Virus record (IMG/VR): IMGVR_UViG_3300037067_027643
Coordinates: 64,001-128,000 of that record
Direction: 5' to 3' (one strand)
Source of the DNA: a virus
Lineage: Duplodnaviria > Caudoviricetes
DNA length: 64,000 bases
Shown here: piece by piece, positions 53,266 to 61,783 of the stretch
Numbering within the stretch: position 1 is the first letter of the stretch
How the letters are laid out: each line of letters opens with the position of its first letter
Notes under the pieces: model-generated
Seen by the model: only the letters and a program-made list of their open reading frames with translations
The model's database searches: none
Told to the model about the DNA's origin: nothing
Position numbers and translations under genes: made by a program

Positions 53266-54954
53266 TTATAATTTAAAATCACTAAAAATTCCGTAAGCTA
53301 ATGATCCAGTTTCCCTATTATATAAAGTTACATTTATTAATCCACTCGCATAAGGTGTTACTGTTGTGGTTAAATATTCCCATGTATTCTCCGCTCCTGT
53401 AGCTGTTACTATTGAACTTGAAACTACGTCTTCACTTGAACTTATTATTAACTGAGGTTTTAAACTTCCACTATTTAGATCAAAATATGTCCAGCAACTA
53501 ATAGTTTTTACACTTCCACTATTTACTGTGATTGTTAATCTTTTTTGTCCAGCGTATGATATTTTTATAGCAGGTGTGGTTGTCTTATATGTATTCCATT
53601 CCATAGATACGTTAGAATATTCAAATGCTCCACAATCCAGTTTTCCATTTCCCATTCTTCTTGGTTGTCCTAAAATATCATAATCCTCTGTAAATACAAT
53701 AGGTGTATATGTTGAAGTAACTATTGATCCACTCCATGAACCTGTAACTGTATACGAACCTGTAACTGTAGAACAATATGCATAATCAGAAACTATTTCA
53801 TTTGGAGTTATTGATCCTGTAGCTTCTATTATCCAATTACTTGGATTTGCTGTTGTTGAATTAAATATTAAATAATCCTTATAAATTGATTGATATAATG
53901 ATTGACTATTATATGTTCCAATATTTACATAATCATTATTAGCTGTTGATGGACTAATTGTACCAGATACTGTTAAATCATGTATATCTGTACTCCAATC
54001 ATTTTCAAATATATTAAATTTAAGAACTTCTGCAAGTTTTAATATTTTTGAAATATCGTTATATCCTTCATATTTTGAGGATGTTGCTGTTCCTGTTATA
54101 AGACCGGCAGATATTATATTACATTGTGAATATGTACAATCAGTAATATTTAAATTAGTTGTAACACCATTAAATCCAGTATAACAATTTATAGATTTAC
54201 ATTTTTTTAGAATTGTAATAATATTACCAGTAAACCCATAAAAACAATTAAATGTATTACAATTATTTATATTAACTGCTAAAGATGCTATAAAGCCATT
54301 ATAGCAGTTTAATGCAGAACAATTTGTCGAAATTACATTTATAAACCCATGTCGATTTCCTATAGCTATACATTTAGTTGCTATTCCACTTGAAAATCCT
54401 CCAAGCCCAATAGAATTTTCACAGTTACAATTTTCAAACCCATATACACCACCAAGTCCAAAACATCTGACTGTTGTCATATAATAAAAACCACTATAAG
54501 TTGATGAAGAAATACAATCATAAGCAATATTTGTTAGTGCTGCTACACCGATTATTCCTCTATATGTACCCGCACTTGCTTGTCCATCAATAACTAAATT
54601 ATAAAAATTATTATATCCTTTTGAATTACAATTAATTATTGATGTGGTTGCGGTTCCAATTCCTGTTATTGAATTACATCCAGTTAATCTAACAGGTCCT
54701 GGTTTCATATCTAAAAAATATTTTGCTTCTTTATCTCCAATCCATTTTATTATATTACTAGAATTACCAGAAGTTGCAAGAACAACTAATTCATAAAATG
54801 TACTATTTGGTGAAAAATATACAGTATCTCCAGCTGCTACAGTACTAGTTGCTTTAGCCCATGTAGCCCAAGCATGACCAGCTCCAGTACCACTTAGATA
54901 TCCTAAGCCGTCATTTCCATTATCTCCATCCGGGCGTACAAAATATACTGCCAT
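53266..54954 (-). CDS. Beta-helix virion/tail-associated protein
   Basis: YFVRPDGDNGNDG...AGDTVY; Cys/Asn-rich NCxxGF repeats; DILGQPR..DCGAFEY. Confidence 0.6.
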   Translation of the reverse strand: MAVYFVRPDGDNGNDGLGYLSGTGAGHAWATWAKATSTVAAGDTVYFSPNSTFYELVVLATSGNSSNIIKWIGDKEAKYFLDMKPGPVRLTGCNSITGIGTATTSIINCNSKGYNNFYNLVIDGQASAGTYRGIIGVAALTNIAYDCISSSTYSGFYYMTTVRCFGLGGVYGFENCNCENSIGLGGFSSGIATKCIAIGNRHGFINVISTNCSALNCYNGFIASLAVNINNCNTFNCFYGFTGNIITILKKCKSINCYTGFNGVTTNLNITDCTYSQCNIISAGLITGTATSSKYEGYNDISKILKLAEVLKFNIFENDWSTDIHDLTVSGTISPSTANNDYVNIGTYNSQSLYQSIYKDYLIFNSTTANPSNWIIEATGSITPNEIVSDYAYCSTVTGSYTVTGSWSGSIVTSTYTPIVFTEDYDILGQPRRMGNGKLDCGAFEYSNVSMEWNTYKTTTPAIKISYAGQKRLTITVNSGSVKTISCWTYFDLNSGSLKPQLIISSSEDVVSSSIVTATGAENTWEYLTTTVTPYASGLINVTLYNRETGSLAYGIFSDFKL

Positions 54955-55003
54955 ATATTATATAATTTTTTAAATTTTAAATCTTTAAATGTTAGTTAAT
55001 ATG

Positions 55004-55285
55004 TCATAAATTCCAAACCAAATATGAATATAATGAACTTGTATAATTATTAAAACTAGAAGTTAAAATATAATTACTTTGTGATAAATATGTATTATTT
55101 ATTTTTGCATCAAATGAACTGCTATCTTGTAAATATGATTGTGTAAAATTATTAAATGAACTTGATGTTAATAAATTACTTGTATCTATAAAAGAACCAG
55201 TCAAAGAATTACTTGAACTAACATACATTAGATATTGATTATCTTGTAATCCTTCTTTATTAACAGGTATAACTACATTTTCCAT
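55004..55285 (-). CDS. Small protein made of the tail-fibre SSSF repeat
   Basis: YLQDSSSFDAKINNTYLSQSNYILTSSFN near-identical to a segment of 61784-64000. Confidence 0.55.
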   Translation of the reverse strand: MENVVIPVNKEGLQDNQYLMYVSSSNSLTGSFIDTSNLLTSSSFNNFTQSYLQDSSSFDAKINNTYLSQSNYILTSSFNNYTSSLYSYLVWNL

Positions 55286-55342
55286 TTAATTATAATATTT
55301 ATTAATCTTATATAAATAGTTTTAAAAAATAATTTAAAATAA

Positions 55343-57415
55343 TTAGTACAACCAACTCAAATCATCATCTCCTTTTGTACTATTACCGTTCCAATTTTTT
55401 CCACTTCCATAACCTTTATTATTAATATTCCAATTTTTCATAAGTGGTGAACCATAATGTCCTACATTTCCTCCTGTTGATACTACCGAGCCATAATAAT
55501 TATTTGAAGTATTAAACAATTCTAATGTCTTTCTATTTATTTCTACACCTTCTGACATTAATTTAACGGCTGTATCCCTTATCCACAAACCGATCCCCAA
55601 ACTTAAAACTAAATCGTCATTATACCCATGAGCAGCCTGTGCTTTATTATTTAACCAAATAAATACTTTTAATTCTTCTATAGTTCTCTTTGATTGTATA
55701 ACTACTAATTTTTCTCTTAATAGTAATTCTATCTTACTTACTAATAATGGTCTAGTTTTAGTTGATGTAGTAAATCCAGGCACTTTATCTTCATTACTTT
55801 TTAAATCATATCCTTTATTTAAATAACTTTGTACATCGGAAACTTGAGAATCTTTATAAGAATAAAATAAATTTGGATATTGTCTATCTACTGCTACTTG
55901 AATAGCTGCCCATCCAACATTTGCATTTTCTATTACTAATAATGCGTTATTATATTCAGTTGCTATATTTACTAATAAATGTCCATAATCTTTTGTTGGG
56001 ATCTGGGATCTAAATTCTGCTACTTGTACAAGGTTAACTACATCTATTACATGAAATGCTGAATAATCTGTTCCATCTCCTCTAGCAACGTCTGCTGCAA
56101 CTAAATATTGTTTATTATAATCTGGATAATCCCATATCCATAATGCTTGATCTATGCCTCTTTTTTCTATTGGTTCTTTTACATACGTTTGCTCATAAAA
56201 TTCTAATATTGAAAATTCTACTAATGTATTACCTGACGATTCGAAAGATGTATCGCAATTATGGCAGACTACATGTTCAGTAATATAAGAGTGGTCATCC
56301 TCTACTTCTAAATTATATACTTCAATTAATTTATCAACAATTAAATTTCCCTTATATAATACAGTATATTCATGATGTGTTCGTTCATTTTCTTTAACAT
56401 AAATAAAACTACAAACTTTATCACCATCATTAATTTCTTCTATTGATTTCCATTCGTTATCAAATGTATAAAATGGATGATTTGAAGTTACTTTTCTTTT
56501 TTTATGATTCTTTGATGTATTAAACTCATAATATTTATTTGATGTTTGTTCTACTTTTTTAATTACTTTTTTATAATTTCCTAAATGTGTTAATACTATA
56601 TCTCCTTCTGTGATTTCTTTTATTGGTGTTAATCCTTCTATTGTATGTATTAATGTATCTCCAGAAAAACATTCTTGAGCCGCTAGTTTTGGACCTAATA
56701 ATTCGTCTTGTTCTTGTCTCCAGGCTAAATCTCTTTCAGGATGTACATCCCATTTTAATTTTATTGGATTAAACTTTGTTTCATGTGCTTCTGCTTTTAC
56801 CCATTGTCTGTGAAATATATTACCAATACCATTTGGCGTCGAGAGCATTATACAATCTCCACCAGTACCAAGAGTTTGCTGTGCAGATGCCCAGATTTCA
56901 TTAATATTATCAATGAAAGCGCACTCGTCAAGTATTAAAAGAGCACAAGAATCAGATCTTCCAGCTGTCGGGCTGCTTGTTTCTGCTTGTACTTGTGAAC
57001 CGTTTTTCCATTTTATTGATAATTTATTATCTTCTGTAGTATGTGCATTTTTTTTAATCCAAACAGGTAAATCACCATACATTATTCTAACTTTAGTTAC
57101 AAGAGCCTTTGCAACTTTTTCTTTTGTAGCAATTACTAATACATTTTTATCATCATGAAAAATACATAACCAAAGTGCATAAGCAGCAACTAATGTAGAT
57201 ATTCCAAGTTGTCTAGATTTAAGAATAATATTGTATCTATGATTCATTAAATCAATTAATGTACGTTCTTGAAATGGATATAATTCAAAAAATATTCTAC
57301 CTCTTGTTTGATGCTGAATTCTACAATACTTTTTAATAAAATAAACTATATCAACTGCACATTTAGCATATTCCTGTTTTATTATTTCTCTTAGATTTTG
57401 TTCATCTGTTGGCAT
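55343..57415 (-). CDS. Terminase large subunit (T4 gp17-like) with mini-intein
   Basis: KSRQLGIST, LILDECAF, STPNG, ADVARGDGTDYSAF, DDLV; start placed at MPTDEQ to avoid overlap with the upstream gene. Confidence 0.92.
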   Translation of the reverse strand: MPTDEQNLREIIKQEYAKCAVDIVYFIKKYCRIQHQTRGRIFFELYPFQERTLIDLMNHRYNIILKSRQLGISTLVAAYALWLCIFHDDKNVLVIATKEKVAKALVTKVRIMYGDLPVWIKKNAHTTEDNKLSIKWKNGSQVQAETSSPTAGRSDSCALLILDECAFIDNINEIWASAQQTLGTGGDCIMLSTPNGIGNIFHRQWVKAEAHETKFNPIKLKWDVHPERDLAWRQEQDELLGPKLAAQECFSGDTLIHTIEGLTPIKEITEGDIVLTHLGNYKKVIKKVEQTSNKYYEFNTSKNHKKRKVTSNHPFYTFDNEWKSIEEINDGDKVCSFIYVKENERTHHEYTVLYKGNLIVDKLIEVYNLEVEDDHSYITEHVVCHNCDTSFESSGNTLVEFSILEFYEQTYVKEPIEKRGIDQALWIWDYPDYNKQYLVAADVARGDGTDYSAFHVIDVVNLVQVAEFRSQIPTKDYGHLLVNIATEYNNALLVIENANVGWAAIQVAVDRQYPNLFYSYKDSQVSDVQSYLNKGYDLKSNEDKVPGFTTSTKTRPLLVSKIELLLREKLVVIQSKRTIEELKVFIWLNNKAQAAHGYNDDLVLSLGIGLWIRDTAVKLMSEGVEINRKTLELFNTSNNYYGSVVSTGGNVGHYGSPLMKNWNINNKGYGSGKNWNGNSTKGDDDLSWLY
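56258..56671 (-). mobile_element. Mini-intein in terminase (138 aa)
   Basis: E/CFSGDT...TSNHPF...VYNLEVEDDHSY...VCHN/C. Confidence 0.9.
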
Positions 57416-57441
57416 TGTTTTAATTTTAAATTGTTTTAATT

Positions 57442-59829
57442 TTAATATATATAAGCACCAATGTCCCAAGCAGCACTTTGTTGTTTTGTTACAATACTCG
57501 GTAATTGTGTATCTGTTCCCCAAACTGTAGATGAATCTAAACCATCATCATAAGCCGAATCTAATGTTAATCCTGTCCCTATTGCTGTACTTCCTACTTT
57601 TAACGAATAATCACCATTTACATAATCTGTAAATAAATTATTTGCTTGCGTGTCATCTAATAAAATAGAATGAGTATCAAAACCAAGTGCCTGCCACTGT
57701 GTCCATGTTAACGCTGTTCCATCAATCTGTGCGAATTCTGTATCAGTATTCGTCTTGTAATAAATATTATAGTCTATTTCAGCATCTACAAGGTCGTTTG
57801 TAGTTGCCTGTATAAAAATTGTATTTATAGCAGTTCTATAATCACATATTATATTATTCTTAAATTTACATCCTGTAGAATAGCTGCCAGAATATATTGG
57901 ATCTTCCATTAATACCAATCCTATTGTGCTATATGTTGTTTCTGTCCATATTGCAGTATTGTTATACCATTCGACATCTGGAGCACCTTTTGCTAAAAAT
58001 GGATTACTTGTATTAACAACAATTTCGTGATGAATAACACTTGGATATGATACTCCAGCAGATTTTATTACATGGCCTAAAAATGTACCATCTATATAAT
58101 GATATTTTAATTCAACATTTTGCGAATAAATGAAAACACCATGTTGCATAGCCGGATCATTCCCATAATGAAATGGACCTAATAATTTATTATTTGAAAC
58201 AGTACTTCCATTTAATTTACCAAATGAAATATCACTTGGATTTTCCGTTCCTAATTGAATAAATGCATTATCCGAAATTTTGTTACTTATTAAATTATTA
58301 CTTATTGAACAAGTATATGATTCATTAATAGTAACAGTATAATATATTTTTCCAGAAACAGTAGAGTTTAATAAATTATTATTTATATTACCATTACAAT
58401 TTGCGACGGTAATAGCTGTTCCTCTGTTATTAAAATTATTATCACATATAGAAACACTATCAGTTGATGATGCTCCTATGATATTATATGTGTTATCAGT
58501 CAAGCTACCAGTTACTGAATTATTATCAAATGTAGTAACCCCTGAACCAGACAAATTAAGAATTGTTCCACTACTTCCAATTGTAGTAATTGTACTATCA
58601 CTTATATTAATTGTTTTAACTCCGGTATTATTTACACAAGATAAAACTGGTTTAGTATTAACTTTTATTTTACAATGTAATAATGACAATGAAAATATAT
58701 AATCTTTTACTGCGTCAACGTAGGTATTAGCATAATAATCACAATCATTCATTATAATAGTCGAAGACGTTGCAAGATTATAAATAAAACCTGTTGAAAT
58801 ATTTTCTGTAAATTTACAATGGTTTAATGTGAGAATAACTCCATATAAAGTAAAAATATAAGAAGTTGGTTTAGTAAATAAACAATTATTATAAACTATA
58901 TTCCCTCTAATTTCTTGTATTCCCTTTAAATAACTATTGTTTAAGGTTATCAAATTAACACCCGCTGAATTTCTGATATCATTAGTGGATCCCATTATTC
59001 GTTGATTACTAAAAGAAACATTACAACCGGCGTTGTTAAATAGAATTTTATTAGCTAAAGTTGCTTCACATGAAAAGTTTTTTATATTAGTGGTAGAAAC
59101 TGTAGATGAATAAGTATATGTTCCACTTGTTGTGCTTATTAGTTTATTTCGTCCAATACCAATTATTGTTTCGGTTTTTCCAACAAATGTTAATATTTCA
59201 TTATAATCTCCAGTTTTAACATAACAAGTCTTATTGTTGCCTACAGAAATAAATTTCGTAATTGTAAGATATGATTTTGCTTTTGTACCATCATTAGGAG
59301 CACTATCACTTCCTAATTTGCTCACCCATAGTGCGTTTATATCTTCTGTTGGAACTTCATAGTAAGAATTACAAGTCGTTAATTGTGTTCCGGTTTTTAC
59401 ATTGTTATATAAAACTACTTCCATTACTCTAGGTTCATAAATTTCAACCCCATTATTATCTAATACTTGATTTGTATGTTTACAAAAAAACTTATGTTCG
59501 TAATCGATATCTTGATAAAGAGAAACCACTGGTATCTGATTTGGTGTAGCGCTTCCAGAAGCATATAAATAATAATTTAAATCGGAAGCTATTAATTCAG
59601 TATCTTCTGCTGGAGCTGATATAGTAGCTGAACTTTTATATGGAAAACCTCTTTTCCAATTTGTAGGAAAATCATACCCTGTAATTAAAAAATGTCTAGC
59701 ATTTCCTGTTTTATCTTTAAAATATTTATTTCCTGAAATGGTAATTATTTCTCCATTAAGATGAACATTAGCATCCTTTTGATAAGGTATTATTCTTGTA
59801 ATGCTTTTCCACCAATTTAATATTGCCAT
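57442..59829 (-). CDS. Right-handed beta-helix protein (tailspike/depolymerase-like)
   Basis: WVSKLGSD..DGT motif; Asn-ladder repeats; DYNIY; DYSLKVGSTAIGTG; WDIGAY. Confidence 0.65.
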   Translation of the reverse strand: MAILNWWKSITRIIPYQKDANVHLNGEIITISGNKYFKDKTGNARHFLITGYDFPTNWKRGFPYKSSATISAPAEDTELIASDLNYYLYASGSATPNQIPVVSLYQDIDYEHKFFCKHTNQVLDNNGVEIYEPRVMEVVLYNNVKTGTQLTTCNSYYEVPTEDINALWVSKLGSDSAPNDGTKAKSYLTITKFISVGNNKTCYVKTGDYNEILTFVGKTETIIGIGRNKLISTTSGTYTYSSTVSTTNIKNFSCEATLANKILFNNAGCNVSFSNQRIMGSTNDIRNSAGVNLITLNNSYLKGIQEIRGNIVYNNCLFTKPTSYIFTLYGVILTLNHCKFTENISTGFIYNLATSSTIIMNDCDYYANTYVDAVKDYIFSLSLLHCKIKVNTKPVLSCVNNTGVKTINISDSTITTIGSSGTILNLSGSGVTTFDNNSVTGSLTDNTYNIIGASSTDSVSICDNNFNNRGTAITVANCNGNINNNLLNSTVSGKIYYTVTINESYTCSISNNLISNKISDNAFIQLGTENPSDISFGKLNGSTVSNNKLLGPFHYGNDPAMQHGVFIYSQNVELKYHYIDGTFLGHVIKSAGVSYPSVIHHEIVVNTSNPFLAKGAPDVEWYNNTAIWTETTYSTIGLVLMEDPIYSGSYSTGCKFKNNIICDYRTAINTIFIQATTNDLVDAEIDYNIYYKTNTDTEFAQIDGTALTWTQWQALGFDTHSILLDDTQANNLFTDYVNGDYSLKVGSTAIGTGLTLDSAYDDGLDSSTVWGTDTQLPSIVTKQQSAAWDIGAYIY

Positions 59830-59833
59830 ATAT

Positions 59834-60217
59834 TTATTTTAAATTAATTGAAGCCCAATATTCAGTATTATCATATATTAATGTAATCAAATTTACTTGA
59901 TTTAAAGTATTATCAAAAACATCATTACAATTAATTCCTGAAAAAACAATACTTCCAGTTCCATTACCTACTGCTCTCCAAATTGAACCATAACCAGCAA
60001 TTGATCCTGTCGTATTAGGTGTTATTGTCAAACTACTAGAAATAATTTCAGTGTTATATACTGTCACTGGTGTTGTAAATGATACTGAATAACTTGGATA
60101 TAAGCTTCCGGTTTGCATATATGTAAATGTAGTCCCAGTTCCTCCATTAGATCCGGAATTAACCATATCCATTTGTCCTGTAATTGGATTTAATTTATAT
60201 TGTATTGTATCTGTCAT
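59834..60217 (-). CDS. Small virion structural protein
   Basis: YKLNPITGQMD N-terminus; beta-rich. Confidence 0.5.
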   Translation of the reverse strand: MTDTIQYKLNPITGQMDMVNSGSNGGTGTTFTYMQTGSLYPSYSVSFTTPVTVYNTEIISSSLTITPNTTGSIAGYGSIWRAVGNGTGSIVFSGINCNDVFDNTLNQVNLITLIYDNTEYWASINLK

Positions 60218-60238
60218 ATATTATATTTTAAATTTAAA

Positions 60239-61765
60239 TTATTTACTATCTATCAACCATGATACATCTTGTACTATTACGGTATCTCCATTTGTTCCAT
60301 TTGTTGTTACCCACAATTCAAAATAATCATTTGCTGTAACTTCTTCTAAATATACAGTTGTTGATATTGGATAAGTAGAAGCATTTGACGCACACGAAAC
60401 TGTCATCTGACCAAATATACCATATAATACATTACCATTCTTTACAATAGCTATATCCGTATTCCTTCCATTTCTAGAATTAATGACATTACAACTTACC
60501 CACATCATCATATCTCTTGTATTTGTAGGTTGATAAAGAACTTTATTAGCTGTTATTGTAAATTTTGTCTGATATGAACTTGACTTTACGTATGATCTTG
60601 TCGTTGTTGTCAATCCAGAAGTATTGCAACTCTGTGCTACCCATCCTTCATCAGTTGTATCAAAACTAATAATCCATTCTTTTGATGCTACGACTTGAGT
60701 AACTGTCACTGTTGTTACATTACTTAACGCTTCTAAAGCTGCTTTAAAATTTGCCGCTGATACATTATATGCAATAGCTGCTGTTGTCTGATCACCTACT
60801 GTATATGTAAATGTTCCAGCTGTTGCTGCTAAATCAAAGGATAATATTGTTTTTGATAAAAATCCAGCAGCTTTATAAAATGTATTTGCTGTTGTTATTG
60901 TAGTGGTAGTTGTATTATTTAAAATTCCAACTTTAGCATGTGGGTTTTTATTTTCATACCCTGGATTATTAACAAGTACTATTCCTGCATCTCTATTTAA
61001 TGGTGATACTCCTCCCGAAAAATTAAAACCAGAAAAAAATGTTCCAACATTATTAAATGTACAATCAGAAATAGTAGTTATTCCAGTATAAACATAATTA
61101 CCAGTTCCTCCGGTATATTTTACTGCTATTTGATTTGAAGAATTTATAAAAAAACATGTATTAATATAAAATCCGCCGGTATTTGCTTTTAATAAATCAA
61201 TTCCTATTCCACAATTTTCGAATGTCACAACCTCACAATCTAAATATTGATTAGTTTCTGTTGTATTTATTCTTATTGCCGCTGTTGTTATATTTAAATA
61301 TAAGGCATTAAATGTAAATATATCTGTTCCTTTAGTATCGTATAATCCAATATTAAATGTATCAATTATTATATCAGTTACTTCTGTTCCTATATTTACA
61401 GTTCCATCAAAATTAATTGCGTTTTCTGTAGATAATGTACCATAGCTTGTTAATGTATTTCCAGCTAATGTTACTTTATTAATATCACAATTTGTTTTAA
61501 ATGAAAACATAGGTTTATTAGTTAAACCTGTTGATGCTTCTATTATTGTAATAAGACTACCTAATCCTCTAATTTGTAAATCGTAACTGGAATTATTAAC
61601 TGTAATTGTATCTGTTATTAAATGATGTCCAGCGTCTACTAATATTTCCATATTACTTGTAGCACTAGAATTAAAATAATCAACTGCTTCTTTTAGAGTA
61701 TCATATTGTCCAGTAGATCCTACATATATTCTTTGATTTAATTTATATGGTTTTATATATGTCAT
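60239..61765 (-). CDS. Beta-helix tail-associated protein
   Basis: IYVGSTGQYDTLKEAV pectin-lyase-like start; TAAIAYN..ALEAL module. Confidence 0.6.
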   Translation of the reverse strand: MTYIKPYKLNQRIYVGSTGQYDTLKEAVDYFNSSATSNMEILVDAGHHLITDTITVNNSSYDLQIRGLGSLITIIEASTGLTNKPMFSFKTNCDINKVTLAGNTLTSYGTLSTENAINFDGTVNIGTEVTDIIIDTFNIGLYDTKGTDIFTFNALYLNITTAAIRINTTETNQYLDCEVVTFENCGIGIDLLKANTGGFYINTCFFINSSNQIAVKYTGGTGNYVYTGITTISDCTFNNVGTFFSGFNFSGGVSPLNRDAGIVLVNNPGYENKNPHAKVGILNNTTTTTITTANTFYKAAGFLSKTILSFDLAATAGTFTYTVGDQTTAAIAYNVSAANFKAALEALSNVTTVTVTQVVASKEWIISFDTTDEGWVAQSCNTSGLTTTTRSYVKSSSYQTKFTITANKVLYQPTNTRDMMMWVSCNVINSRNGRNTDIAIVKNGNVLYGIFGQMTVSCASNASTYPISTTVYLEEVTANDYFELWVTTNGTNGDTVIVQDVSWLIDSK

Positions 61766-61783
61766 TTTATATATTCCTGTTTA

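Noticed and set aside
57416-57523. N-terminal extension of terminase in the ORF track
   Set aside because: It overlaps the end of the upstream beta-helix gene; the ATG at 57415 has a typical A-rich start context.
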